20,000 nucleotides of DNA from an uncultured virus (IMG/VR IMGVR_UViG_3300008117_000469) (IMGVR_UViG_3300008117_000469), one strand, 5' to 3'; numbered from the stretch's first letter, positions 1-8,783 are shown. Notes: generated from the letters alone by a model not told the origin. Program-made: numbers and translations.

Positions 1-1078
1 CTTTATCAAAAGCTTCCAATACTTTTGTTTTTTGGTTTTCAGTTAAATTCTTAGCTTTGAAGATTTTATTTACGTAAAGAAGTTTTGAATTTAAAAGGTT
101 GATTTCGTTAAGTTCTTTTTTTAACTCTTCAACTTCTTTTTTCATTTCATCAACTTCACCTTCGTACATGTCGTCTCCTTCTTTCATAGCTGGTTTTTTA
201 CCTTTAATAAGGTCTTTAACGCCTCTGATTTTGTCTTCAGCATAAGCAGCTGCGATTGAAGCTAAAGGAACTCCAACTACACCTGCAATAGCAGCTAAAA
301 TAGCTTCTGCATCTGAAAGACTCATAGCTCCGATATCATATATCTCAGCTACTTTCTTTTTCTTGTAGTCTTCAACGCCTTCTTCTTCAGCAGTGTCTTT
401 TTTGTCACCACGTTTAGCAGCAGGTACGTCTCCTTTGTTACCACCGTACTTTTTACGTTCCATCAAATCGGTTTCTTCTTCGTCTTCGATTTCAACTTCT
501 TCACCTTCTTCTTCTCCACCTTCTATGTTACCCTCTAGTTCCCCAGCGGCTACCATATCGGCGATTACTGTTTCGATAAATGATTTCAGGTCATCTTCAG
601 ACATATTTTCAAGATCAATTTCCTCATCTTCTTCCTCACCCATTTCTACTTCTTCCTCTTCAGCTACATTACCATGTGCTGTAGGGCCTTTGGGTTCGTT
701 GATAAGGTCATCTTCACCTTCCATTACGTCTTCTTTTTTTCCTTCTTCCATTTCATCGAGTTCTCTTAGAAGTTCATCAAGGTCCATTTCGTCAAGTTCT
801 TTACCTTCTTCCATTTCATCAGCTTCATCTACATTGTAAGCTTCATCCATTTCTTTGGTTTCGTCCATGTCAAAATTTTCCTTCATTTCCTTCTCGTCTT
901 TTTTAGCTTCTTCGATTTCAGCTTCTTCCATATCATCCATTTCGGCTAACTTTGCAGCTAACTTTTCTTTCAGATAAGGAGTAAACGCTTCTTCCAAAGC
1001 AGCTTTTGCATTTGCAATAGCAGTTTCTTTAACAGCTTTTGCATCAGCGATTGCTTCTTTTAGCAGATCTCTGTTCAT
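1..1078 (-). CDS. Prohead core scaffolding-like protein (T4 gp22 position), 3' end outside window
   Basis: Not in the ORF track because it is open at the window edge. ATG at 1078 gives MNRDLLKEAIADAKAVKETAIANAKAALEEAFTP..., a very acidic middle region, then ...ELNEINLLNSKLLYVNKIFKAKNLTENQKTKVLEAFDK. Coiled-coil and acidic character, directly downstream of the gp21-like protease. Confidence 0.8.
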   Translation of the reverse strand, partial: MNRDLLKEAIADAKAVKETAIANAKAALEEAFTPYLKEKLAAKLAEMDDMEEAEIEEAKKDEKEMKENFDMDETKEMDEAYNVDEADEMEEGKELDEMDLDELLRELDEMEEGKKEDVMEGEDDLINEPKGPTAHGNVAEEEEVEMGEEEDEEIDLENMSEDDLKSFIETVIADMVAAGELEGNIEGGEEEGEEVEIEDEEETDLMERKKYGGNKGDVPAAKRGDKKDTAEEEGVEDYKKKKVAEIYDIGAMSLSDAEAILAAIAGVVGVPLASIAAAYAEDKIRGVKDLIKGKKPAMKEGDDMYEGEVDEMKKEVEELKKELNEINLLNSKLLYVNKIFKAKNLTENQKTKVLEAFDK

Positions 1079-1108
1079 ACTTTTTGTCCTCAAATTAAAT
1101 GTTGGAAA

Positions 1109-1177
1109 TACGCTTATTATAGATTACTCGAAGCGTAATAAGATTTATTAACGTGATGCGATATAAGAAAATCGCAT
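1109..1177 (-). promoter_or_regulatory. Two hairpins in the 5' leader of the scaffold gene
   Basis: Perfect inverted repeats TACGCTT(1109-1115)/AAGCGTA(1131-1137) and ATGCGAT(1156-1162)/ATCGCAT(1171-1177). Confidence 0.45.
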
Positions 1178-1185
1178 ATTACGAA

Positions 1186-1194
1186 TATACATAT
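1186..1194 (-). promoter_or_regulatory. Variant late-promoter-like motif ATATGTATA
   Basis: One mismatch to the ATATTTATA motif. Lies just downstream of the terminator and upstream of the scaffold gene. Confidence 0.5.
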
Positions 1195-1224
1195 ATGGGG
1201 AGTCTTCAAAGTCGCCTTTGCAAT

Positions 1225-1271
1225 AAAAAAAAAAAAGACCCGCAAGCAGTTCTTATGGTATGCTTACGGGT
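1225..1271 (-). terminator. Rho-independent terminator after the prohead protease gene
   Basis: Minus-strand 11-bp stem ACCCGUAAGCA/UGCUUGCGGGU with one U-G wobble, 12-nt loop, then C and 12 U. Confidence 0.8.
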
Positions 1272-1300
1272 ACATTTATTGCCTAAGGTAGCAGGCGTCT

Positions 1301-1735
1301 TTAGAATATTGGACATGTACCATTGGCACACAATATTTCTGTAAGGATTGAATTTACTTTTGCAAATTTATTTTCGGGTAAATGTTCTTTTCCTTCTTTT
1401 ACCAAATGCATATATGAACCTGGGTTTGAAGGGGTGGAAACAAAATCCCAACACAATAATTCAAAATCATCTTGTACTTCTAATGTTTCACCAATTTGTT
1501 TTAATGAACCCATTCCACGAGATGATACACCTACTGTTACATTATTTTCAATAAGTGCTTTTAAAATATTACCTGATACTGTAGGGAGAATTTCTAATTT
1601 ACCTAATACTTTTTTAACTTCTGCTGTTGCAAGTATTCCTTCAACTAAAGGATTACCAGAAGGTGCTTTTAAACCTTCAGTTAGTTGTATAGGAGCAACT
1701 GAAAACGGGATTGTTTCAATTAATACTTGTTTCAT
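1301..1735 (-). CDS. gp21: Prohead core protease (T4 gp21 family) with an apparent in-frame internal deletion removing the catalytic His
   Basis: Motifs EGILATAEV, GVSSRGMGSL (catalytic Ser) and WDFVSTPSNPGS (catalytic Asp) match gp21. The NxNxRxY...GELxHP...WW block is absent and the protein is only 144 aa. Confidence 0.9.
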   Translation of the reverse strand: MKQVLIETIPFSVAPIQLTEGLKAPSGNPLVEGILATAEVKKVLGKLEILPTVSGNILKALIENNVTVGVSSRGMGSLKQIGETLEVQDDFELLCWDFVSTPSNPGSYMHLVKEGKEHLPENKFAKVNSILTEILCANGTCPIF

Positions 1736-1738
1736 AAT

Positions 1739-2344
1739 TTATTTTTTATCTAAATCGCCGTAGCCGCTTGATTTGTACTTTCCTTTTGGAGCTTTAGGTT
1801 CACCCATACCAACAGAATCTTTAGTATAACCAATACCTTTGACACCAAATGAAGCATTTGTGTGGTAATAGTTAATATCTTTGGCCATGTTTTTAGCTAC
1901 AATAGCTTTTAATTCATCTACAGTTTTATTGGCATTTTTTTCATCCCACATTTCAGTTAAATAACCTAATAAGAATGATTGACCATATAAATTGTCAATG
2001 TTTTTAGGATCTTTATTGTCAAACTGATTGGCTAAATCTTTAGCTACATCTTTATCAATTTTTTCAAATGTATTTTGATCACCGTATTCTTTTTTATCCT
2101 TAACACCAACTGCTTCAGCAATATTGTCGTTAAAAATTTTAAACCAGTCTTTTCTACCAGTAGTTACACCACCCATTCCTTCTGAAAGGATACTTTTGTG
2201 TTTTAGAATAGTAACTGCTGTATTATAATCTGTTAAAGAAGTAATATATTCAGGAAATACACGACGAGCACTTTTTAAAAAGTAATCTTTATTTCCTTTA
2301 CCTTCTTTAATAAGGTCGTATTGTTGTTGTAATGTCTTTTCCAT
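1739..2344 (-). CDS. Hypothetical protein, probably head-associated
   Basis: 201-aa ORF in the head module, preceded by the ATATTTATA motif, with IKE and LSE sites. Confidence 0.7.
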   Translation of the reverse strand: MEKTLQQQYDLIKEGKGNKDYFLKSARRVFPEYITSLTDYNTAVTILKHKSILSEGMGGVTTGRKDWFKIFNDNIAEAVGVKDKKEYGDQNTFEKIDKDVAKDLANQFDNKDPKNIDNLYGQSFLLGYLTEMWDEKNANKTVDELKAIVAKNMAKDINYYHTNASFGVKGIGYTKDSVGMGEPKAPKGKYKSSGYGDLDKK

Positions 2345-2347
2345 GTT

Positions 2348-2356
2348 TATAAATAT
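2348..2356 (-). promoter_or_regulatory. Putative late promoter ATATTTATA
   Basis: Overlaps the last base of the upstream TAA and ends 3 nt before the ATG at 2344. Confidence 0.65.
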
Positions 2357-2577
2357 TAAGAATAGAAAATCACTGGTCCGCCTGTAAAGGAAGCACTAGT
2401 TACTGTTAATGGAACTGTTACTCCTGATGGGAATGTAAGAGCTCCTAAATTGTTTCCTTGTCCATCTACTAATGCAGAGAATGTTACTGCAGCATTAGCA
2501 ACTGTGAAACCAGCATAAGATCCAGTAATAGAAGCAGTAGCTTTAACAGCGGATGAATTTGAAGGTATATTTGCCAT
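2356..2577 (-). CDS. Small Ser/Thr/Ala/Gly-rich protein, possibly a virion decoration protein
   Basis: 73-aa ORF tightly packed between neighbours, with a beta-rich composition. Confidence 0.65.
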   Translation of the reverse strand: MANIPSNSSAVKATASITGSYAGFTVANAAVTFSALVDGQGNNLGALTFPSGVTVPLTVTSASFTGGPVIFYS

Positions 2578-2578
2578 T

Positions 2579-3436
2579 TTATTGTTTTTTAAATAAGTCT
2601 ATTAAATCGTTTAAATAATCATTTGCTAAATCAGTTCCATATACTACAGCAAATGAATTTGGATTTGCTCTGTAGTAATCCATAGTTTCATGTTTTGCTG
2701 ATTGTAATAGGGGGATTAGAGCATTTAATTTTTCTTCTAAAGTATCAAATCCTTCTAGTCGACTTGATATAAATTTTCTTCTATCAGGATCTACAATATT
2801 CATTCCATTTAGAAAATCTTCAGTATCTGTAGCTTCCCAAAGTTGTTTAACTTCAATACCTTTTGCTTTTTGATTTAAAGCTTTTTGATTAACTAATTTG
2901 TATTTAAAGTCTTTAACATAAATATTATCTTTTACACCTTCAGGACCTGCTGATGGGCCAGGACCAAATGTTGCTCCGGGACCTTCTGTTACCTTTTTAT
3001 ATCCAACTTGTTTATATGCTCCATAAGTTGAACCTTTTGGTGATGGACCTGAATGGTTTTCACCTTCTCCTCCTGATACAAATCCTGAATTTGATGAAAT
3101 GGTATTCATTTCTGCTACCATTTTAATTCTTGCATAGTCTTCAGGATAATTTTTTCGTACATGAGTACGAAGTTCATTAAAAGTTGATGTTAATTCTTGT
3201 TGGATTTTCTGCATTGTAGCATCTTGTCTGAGATCTTTACTTCTAGACAATTTATCCATAAATTCTTTTGCTTTTTTTAAGTTTTTAAATACACTTTCAA
3301 AATCAGGAATTTCTTCAATATCCCAAGTAATACGTCCAGTTTCAGGATCAATATCGGTAACTGTAGATTTTGTACCTTTGTTGTAATCTACGTCACCAAC
3401 TTCTAATTCCTTTAATTTGTATTTAAATTTACCCAT
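2579..3436 (-). CDS. Hypothetical modular protein, probably head-associated
   Basis: ATG at 3436 (MGKFKYKLKE) preferred over the TTG at 3445. Gly/Pro-rich linkers and several (L/V)xE sites. Confidence 0.7.
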   Translation of the reverse strand: MGKFKYKLKELEVGDVDYNKGTKSTVTDIDPETGRITWDIEEIPDFESVFKNLKKAKEFMDKLSRSKDLRQDATMQKIQQELTSTFNELRTHVRKNYPEDYARIKMVAEMNTISSNSGFVSGGEGENHSGPSPKGSTYGAYKQVGYKKVTEGPGATFGPGPSAGPEGVKDNIYVKDFKYKLVNQKALNQKAKGIEVKQLWEATDTEDFLNGMNIVDPDRRKFISSRLEGFDTLEEKLNALIPLLQSAKHETMDYYRANPNSFAVVYGTDLANDYLNDLIDLFKKQ

Positions 3437-3785
3437 TTGATTCAATAAGTTCTTCTAATAATGCAAAATATTGTAACAAATTAACTAATTCCTCATCGCC
3501 AACATTTGATGTTTTACCTAAAGGTGATAACATGTTATTAACTTCATTCAATTTGATTTGAACAGCTTTGTCTTTGATTTGAGGGGTAATTTTATTTAAT
3601 TCTTCTTTAATTTGTTGAATCTTAGAGTTATAAAACTCTCTTAGTTTTGGAGTTGAATCAACAGAATTAATGAATTCTTTTAAAACAGTTTTTTGGTTGT
3701 CATTTAATGAAGCATATTTTCCATTAAATTTTTCTAATAATACTTTATATGTTAAAATACGTAAATCTTTATCATTGTTTATCAA
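3429..3785 (-). CDS. C-terminal fragment of the conserved hypothetical gene downstream of portal
   Basis: Only a TTG start, overlapping the previous ORF in another frame. Reads DKDLRILTYKVLLEKFNGKY.... Probably one gene with 3772..4248. Confidence 0.6.
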   Translation of the reverse strand: MINNDKDLRILTYKVLLEKFNGKYASLNDNQKTVLKEFINSVDSTPKLREFYNSKIQQIKEELNKITPQIKDKAVQIKLNEVNNMLSPLGKTSNVGDEELVNLLQYFALLEELIESNG

Positions 3786-4248
3786 CTTGTTTGGTTGTTA
3801 AACTTTCTAAAATAGCAATTTTATTTGAAATAATTTGATCGGGATTTGATAAATTTTCGCTATTATAAATTTCTAACAGTGTGTATAAAGCAGCGTGAGT
3901 TTTATAATTTGGAAGTTTAGTCTTAAAAAATTCTTCTAAATTGTAATATTCAGAAATTTCTTTAATTAAATTATATTTTTGTCTTTTTAAGGTACCTCTA
4001 TTTAGGTTTTTAGACGATTCAATAACTGAATTAACTACAACTTCTGCTTTGCCTTCTGTAAGGTTTTTATGCTTGGATAGAGTTTCGTATAATTTATACT
4101 CTCTTCCTAATTCTGTTTTTACAAAATATTTTTTTAGAATATTGGTAGCTTTTGAATCTTTCCCAGACAGAGTATCCGAAGTAATCTGCCTTACTAAAAG
4201 TTCAAATAGAATTCCAGTATTCTTATACTTAGAATGTTTTATATTCAT
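3772..4248 (-). CDS. N-terminal fragment of the conserved hypothetical gene downstream of portal
   Basis: MNIKHSKYKNTGILFELLVRQIT..., preceded by ATATTTATA. Ends abruptly at TGA TAA inside a TGATAAA direct repeat. Confidence 0.7.
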   Translation of the reverse strand: MNIKHSKYKNTGILFELLVRQITSDTLSGKDSKATNILKKYFVKTELGREYKLYETLSKHKNLTEGKAEVVVNSVIESSKNLNRGTLKRQKYNLIKEISEYYNLEEFFKTKLPNYKTHAALYTLLEIYNSENLSNPDQIISNKIAILESLTTKQVDKQ

Positions 4249-4263
4249 CCCTATAGGTTTTAT

Positions 4264-4272
4264 TATAAATAT
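4264..4272 (-). promoter_or_regulatory. Putative late promoter ATATTTATA
   Basis: Intergenic, 15 nt upstream of the ATG at 4248. Confidence 0.65.
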
Positions 4273-4282
4273 ATAAAGATTT

Positions 4283-6184
4283 TTATTCTCTTATTTGACT
4301 TTCATCTAATAATGAATCTTTCGGTTTATCTTCAGTAAGTGAAATCTTCTTGGTAATACTTTCAATTAATGTTTTATTTTTGAGATAAACTTGTTTTGCT
4401 TCTAATGCCATTGGCGAATCACCTTTATATTGAGGTTTGATAGAATCTGATTCGTTATCATCTTTTTTCATACCTTTAGCACCTAATCTATCCTTACCAA
4501 AATTATCATCTTGAGTATTGCGAGTAGTTGATTTTTCTTCAGGACGACCCATTTTTAAATCATCTCCGTATCCTACGGGAACATTATCCGGTTCAGAATA
4601 CATTCTACCTTTACCATACAATGAAGCTAAATCATGTGGTGTACCATAAGAACGACCTGTTACTTTAGGATCATTTCCTTCTTCCATAATTTGATTATAA
4701 CGGAAAGTACGTTTTTGATCTTCAGCTAATAAATCTCTATATTCATCGTACTGATCCTGGCTGAAGTTAAAGATATAATCATAAATCCAATCAGTAGGTA
4801 ATAATTTAGTTTCCATAATTGATTTAGCTAAATCTACCTTTTGAGTCATCAAAGCAATTTTTTCTTGCTCATAAATGATTGAAGGACCTGTTAAATCTAA
4901 TTCAAAATCAGTTAATTCTTCACCGGTGTATCCTTGCGAATATAAATGCACCAATGCGATTTTATATAATTCTGATAGGACAATGCGTTGTATACGGTCA
5001 ATAGTGCGAGCAAAACGTATATCTTCAGCGGCCAATGTTGCTTTACCTGTTAAATCTTTTTCATAACCCATAAATGCTTTTGGCACTTTAAGAGCAGCAA
5101 ATAATTTATCACGTAAATAAGTAACATCTTGAATACCATCATATTGTAAACCAGGTGTAGTTTCAATTTTAGTTGATGTATCATTTCCACGGATTGGGAT
5201 ATAGAAGTCCTCAAGTAAGTTTTGCATATTATACTTAAGGTTATATTCACCTGTTTGAGCATCCATTAATGGAGTACGTTTCATTGTAGAAATTGTTTTC
5301 TGCATGAAATTTTCTACTTCGTTAGGTGGAATTGAACCTACGTTAATATAGAAAATACGACGATCTGGGCTGCGAGCAATTCTATGAATTAACATCGCAT
5401 CTTCCATTAATGAATATTGTTTAAAAATACGACGAGCTGGTTCTAGATATGAACGACCATAAGGAAGATAATTAACATCTGTTAATAATCTAAAATGAGC
5501 CATTTCATAATTATCAAAATAAATTCCTGGTTGGTTATCGTTAAAAGAACCTAAAGTAGGAGTACCATAATAACCTGATCCACCAGCATAAATACCTTCA
5601 GGTGAATATCTAAATCTTACAGCATTCGGATGTTCTTTATCATAATTTTCTTGTCTTTCAATATGGTATGCCGTATAAGGAATAACATTATAAACACCAT
5701 ATTTTTCAGCAATTTCCATTTTTAAGAAGAAATCCCCATATTTACACATTTGGCGAATCCAAGACCAAAGATTAAATTCAATATTTAATACATCGTAAAA
5801 TAAATTGTAAAGGATTTGTTGTACATCTTCATTATTTGATTTAATTTGAAGTACCTCACCCATATCATTTTTTAATGTACATTCATCTGAAATAATATCA
5901 AGGGCAGAAGCAATAATAGCATCATAATCCATATTATCATAGTCTGAATAGACCATGGTTCTTAGGTATTGCCAGTTAATATTAATTTGGGAACCTAAAA
6001 GTGAAGTTGATGATGGAGAATAAAGACGATTATATCTATCCATTAATGAATTAGTAGCTATATCCCCGGATTGTTGGATAGAATCTACATCCATTACTTT
6101 TAATTCGTTTCCACCTGTATTTCGTATAATAACATCTGTTGAAAACAGTCGTTGTAATCGGGTGAATAAGCTAGTATCTGCCAT
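4283..6184 (-). CDS. gp20: Portal protein (T4 gp20 family)
   Basis: 633 aa with gp20 motifs SYLEPARR, LMEDAMLIHRIARSPDRRIFYINVG, LEDFYIPIRG, IETTPG, YLRDKLFAALKVP and EDIRFARTIDRIQ. Confidence 0.95.
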   Translation of the reverse strand: MADTSLFTRLQRLFSTDVIIRNTGGNELKVMDVDSIQQSGDIATNSLMDRYNRLYSPSSTSLLGSQININWQYLRTMVYSDYDNMDYDAIIASALDIISDECTLKNDMGEVLQIKSNNEDVQQILYNLFYDVLNIEFNLWSWIRQMCKYGDFFLKMEIAEKYGVYNVIPYTAYHIERQENYDKEHPNAVRFRYSPEGIYAGGSGYYGTPTLGSFNDNQPGIYFDNYEMAHFRLLTDVNYLPYGRSYLEPARRIFKQYSLMEDAMLIHRIARSPDRRIFYINVGSIPPNEVENFMQKTISTMKRTPLMDAQTGEYNLKYNMQNLLEDFYIPIRGNDTSTKIETTPGLQYDGIQDVTYLRDKLFAALKVPKAFMGYEKDLTGKATLAAEDIRFARTIDRIQRIVLSELYKIALVHLYSQGYTGEELTDFELDLTGPSIIYEQEKIALMTQKVDLAKSIMETKLLPTDWIYDYIFNFSQDQYDEYRDLLAEDQKRTFRYNQIMEEGNDPKVTGRSYGTPHDLASLYGKGRMYSEPDNVPVGYGDDLKMGRPEEKSTTRNTQDDNFGKDRLGAKGMKKDDNESDSIKPQYKGDSPMALEAKQVYLKNKTLIESITKKISLTEDKPKDSLLDESQIRE

Positions 6185-6204
6185 TATTATTTAATTCGTT
6201 TATA

Positions 6205-6213
6205 TATAAATAT
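6205..6213 (-). promoter_or_regulatory. Putative late promoter ATATTTATA
   Basis: Overlaps the terminase stop codon, 20 nt upstream of the portal ATG. Confidence 0.65.
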
Positions 6214-7784
6214 TATAATAACCATTTAATGTCCTCAAATCCATTATCTGTTTTAACAATATATGGATTTTTCGGAGCATTTTGGTTATAAGCACCAACA
6301 TACGTACTTTTACTCATATTACCAAGCGTAGCTCGAGTCATATCATGAGATTGTTGTTGAAATTTTAAAGATGTGTCTCTTAAGAACATTCCTATACCAA
6401 AACTCATTACTAAGTCATCATTGTAACCAGTTTGAGCTTCGGGTCTACCGTTTTTCCAAACGAATACTTTCATTTCTTCTAACAAACGTTTTGAACGAAT
6501 TGTTACAGAACGATCACCCACATACTCTCTAAATTTATTTACAACTAACGGTCTTGTTCTTAAAGACATTGTAAACCCAGGAGTCATATCAGAATTACCT
6601 TCAAATACTCTTAAATATGATTCGGCTGTTAATTGATCTGATTTGGGGGAATGATAAAGGTTACGATAACCTCTTTCAATGATAGCATCTAATGTTGCCC
6701 AACCAATTGAGGCATTTTCAACTACTAACATTGCATTATTATATTCGGAAGCTAAACCTACTAAGAAATAACCATATTCTTTAGGTGGAAGCTGTCCTTT
6801 GTATTCAGCAACTTGTGTATTAGTTGCTATATCAATTACATGACAAGCGGAAGAGTCTTTACCATCACCTCTGGCTACGTCTGCTACTATCATGTATTCT
6901 CTACTATAATCTGCAGGTTCCCATATCCATAAATTTTGGTCAGCTCCTCTTCGCTCTAATGGTTCTTTAATTGTTGTTTCTTTTATAAATTCTACCCATT
7001 CAGGATAAAATACTACATCACCTGATGTACTAAAATCGCAGTCACATTCTTGGGCTGCTAATCTAGGATCACCTAATAATTCATCTTGACGTTTTCTCCA
7101 AGCTTCATCTCGTTCAGGATGAACATACCAAGGTAATTTAATTGGTAAAAAATCATTTTCAGCTGATTCAGCTGATACCCATGTTTTGTGAAACCAGTTA
7201 CCAGTACCGTAAGGAGTTGATAATACAATAGCACCACCACCTGTTGCTAAGGTTTGTTGTGCTGAGGCCCAAATTTCACCAATTTGTTCAATAAAAGCGG
7301 CCTCATCGACAATCAATAAAGATACTGCTTCTGATCGACCAGCATCACTACTTGCTGAAGTTGCTTTAATTTGAGATCCATTTGATAATCGTAGTGATAG
7401 TTTATTATTTTCTTCAGCACCTATTTTCAACCACGAAGGTAAATTATCGAACATAAACTTAACTTTCGTAACCATGTTACGAGCAGTTTCCTGTTTAGTT
7501 GCGATACAAAGTACGTTTTTATCTTTATGAAATAACATTAACCATAAAGAATAACCTGCGGCTAGGGTTGATATACCTAACTGACGAGATTTTAATACAA
7601 CAGAATATGGATTATCTCTAAATAAACGTAATGTTTTTTCTTGAAAAGGATATAAATTAAAAAGTACTCTGCCTCTTTGTGGATGTTGAATATGACAGTA
7701 TTTTTTCATAAAGTGAGCAGGATCCTGTGCACACTTTAGATATTCTTCTCTAATTATCTGTCTTAAATCGGGTTGTTGACTCAT
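6213..7784 (-). CDS. terL: Terminase large subunit (T4 gp17-like)
   Basis: Adenine-binding LYPFQ, Walker A-like KSRQLGIST, Walker B LLIVDEAAF, motif C STPYG, RNase H-like nuclease motifs ADVARGDGKDSS and NDDLVMS. Confidence 0.95.
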   Translation of the reverse strand: MSQQPDLRQIIREEYLKCAQDPAHFMKKYCHIQHPQRGRVLFNLYPFQEKTLRLFRDNPYSVVLKSRQLGISTLAAGYSLWLMLFHKDKNVLCIATKQETARNMVTKVKFMFDNLPSWLKIGAEENNKLSLRLSNGSQIKATSASSDAGRSEAVSLLIVDEAAFIEQIGEIWASAQQTLATGGGAIVLSTPYGTGNWFHKTWVSAESAENDFLPIKLPWYVHPERDEAWRKRQDELLGDPRLAAQECDCDFSTSGDVVFYPEWVEFIKETTIKEPLERRGADQNLWIWEPADYSREYMIVADVARGDGKDSSACHVIDIATNTQVAEYKGQLPPKEYGYFLVGLASEYNNAMLVVENASIGWATLDAIIERGYRNLYHSPKSDQLTAESYLRVFEGNSDMTPGFTMSLRTRPLVVNKFREYVGDRSVTIRSKRLLEEMKVFVWKNGRPEAQTGYNDDLVMSFGIGMFLRDTSLKFQQQSHDMTRATLGNMSKSTYVGAYNQNAPKNPYIVKTDNGFEDIKWLL

Positions 7785-8383
7785 TTACCTATTTTCCAAT
7801 AGATACGGCCTGAGAGAACTGGTTGTAAGTTTTGGTTAATACCGACACCCAAGCCATATGCTTGTTTCTTTTTATTTTTATACATCAATTCGGCACCAAC
7901 ATAATTAAGTTGATTTTTATTTCCTGCAACTCCTAAACCATAATAAAATTCACGTTTGTTTTCATAAACGGTATTTGTAATAGTAGTAGTTGTAACAGGA
8001 ATAGTAATTTTTTGAACATAACTACGAGACTCTATTTTATTTTTAGAAATAACGTCATTTACTACTACATAACCTATAGTATCTAAAGATAAAGTATCAG
8101 AATATTTGTATTGAGCATAATATTCAAACAAAATTGCTGCAGTATCTGTGGGAATAGGGTATGGGATTAATTTAGGGATTTCTTTAGTTTTCCATTTTGG
8201 AACATAAACAGGAACTTCTTTTTCTATAGTAATATATTCTGTTTTAGTTTCAATTGTTGGTTTTGGTGGTTTTGGAGTTGAATTTTTTCCATTCCCAGAA
8301 CAGTTTCTCATCAATAAAATTATAATGATGAGTACTACTATGAGTATATTTTTTATATTTCCAAAAACCTTTTTGAAGTCCAT
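7781..8383 (-). CDS. Membrane-anchored protein, possible spanin-like lysis or envelope protein
   Basis: N-terminal hydrophobic helix ILIVVLIIIILLM followed by RNCSG, a Pro/Thr/Lys-rich linker, and C-terminal amphipathic beta-strands ending RIYWKIGK. ATGA overlap with terL. Confidence 0.6.
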   Translation of the reverse strand: MDFKKVFGNIKNILIVVLIIIILLMRNCSGNGKNSTPKPPKPTIETKTEYITIEKEVPVYVPKWKTKEIPKLIPYPIPTDTAAILFEYYAQYKYSDTLSLDTIGYVVVNDVISKNKIESRSYVQKITIPVTTTTITNTVYENKREFYYGLGVAGNKNQLNYVGAELMYKNKKKQAYGLGVGINQNLQPVLSGRIYWKIGK

Positions 8384-8384
8384 A

Positions 8385-8783
8385 TTATTCGTCTTCGTCG
8401 TCCATTGAAGGATTAATCATAGCTTCTAATTCTTTTTTAAGCTTAGTTAAACCCTTTAATTGATCAACATATTTTTGTTTTTCAGCACCTTCGGCTGATT
8501 TGTATTGATTTAATACTGATTTCATTTGTTTAACTACATCTGTGTATTTGGATTGTAGTTTAGCAATAGAAGCATTAGCAGCAATATCTTTAGCTGTTGG
8601 TTCTATATCATCCTCTTCTTCTTTCAATTCAACATCTATACCTTGAGCTGTCATTTTTTTGATATCTTGTGGAGGTGCGGCTTTAGACATTACTACGGTA
8701 CCACGAGTTTTATCAACATCAATTTCTGTTAATTCAGATACAATAAGTTCTTTGATATATTCTTTAGCTTCTGATTTTTTCAT
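8385..8783 (-). CDS. Hypothetical protein with MKKSE-type leader, probably head-internal
   Basis: MKKSEAKEYIKELIVSELTE..., C-terminal coiled coil, preceded by ATATTTATA. Confidence 0.7.
   Translation of the reverse strand: MKKSEAKEYIKELIVSELTEIDVDKTRGTVVMSKAAPPQDIKKMTAQGIDVELKEEEDDIEPTAKDIAANASIAKLQSKYTDVVKQMKSVLNQYKSAEGAEKQKYVDQLKGLTKLKKELEAMINPSMDDEDE

Noticed and set aside
393..839. Ser-rich 148-aa plus-strand ORF
   Set aside because: Antisense shadow of the Glu/Asp-rich scaffold gene: GAA codons read as TCT/TCA/TTC on the other strand.
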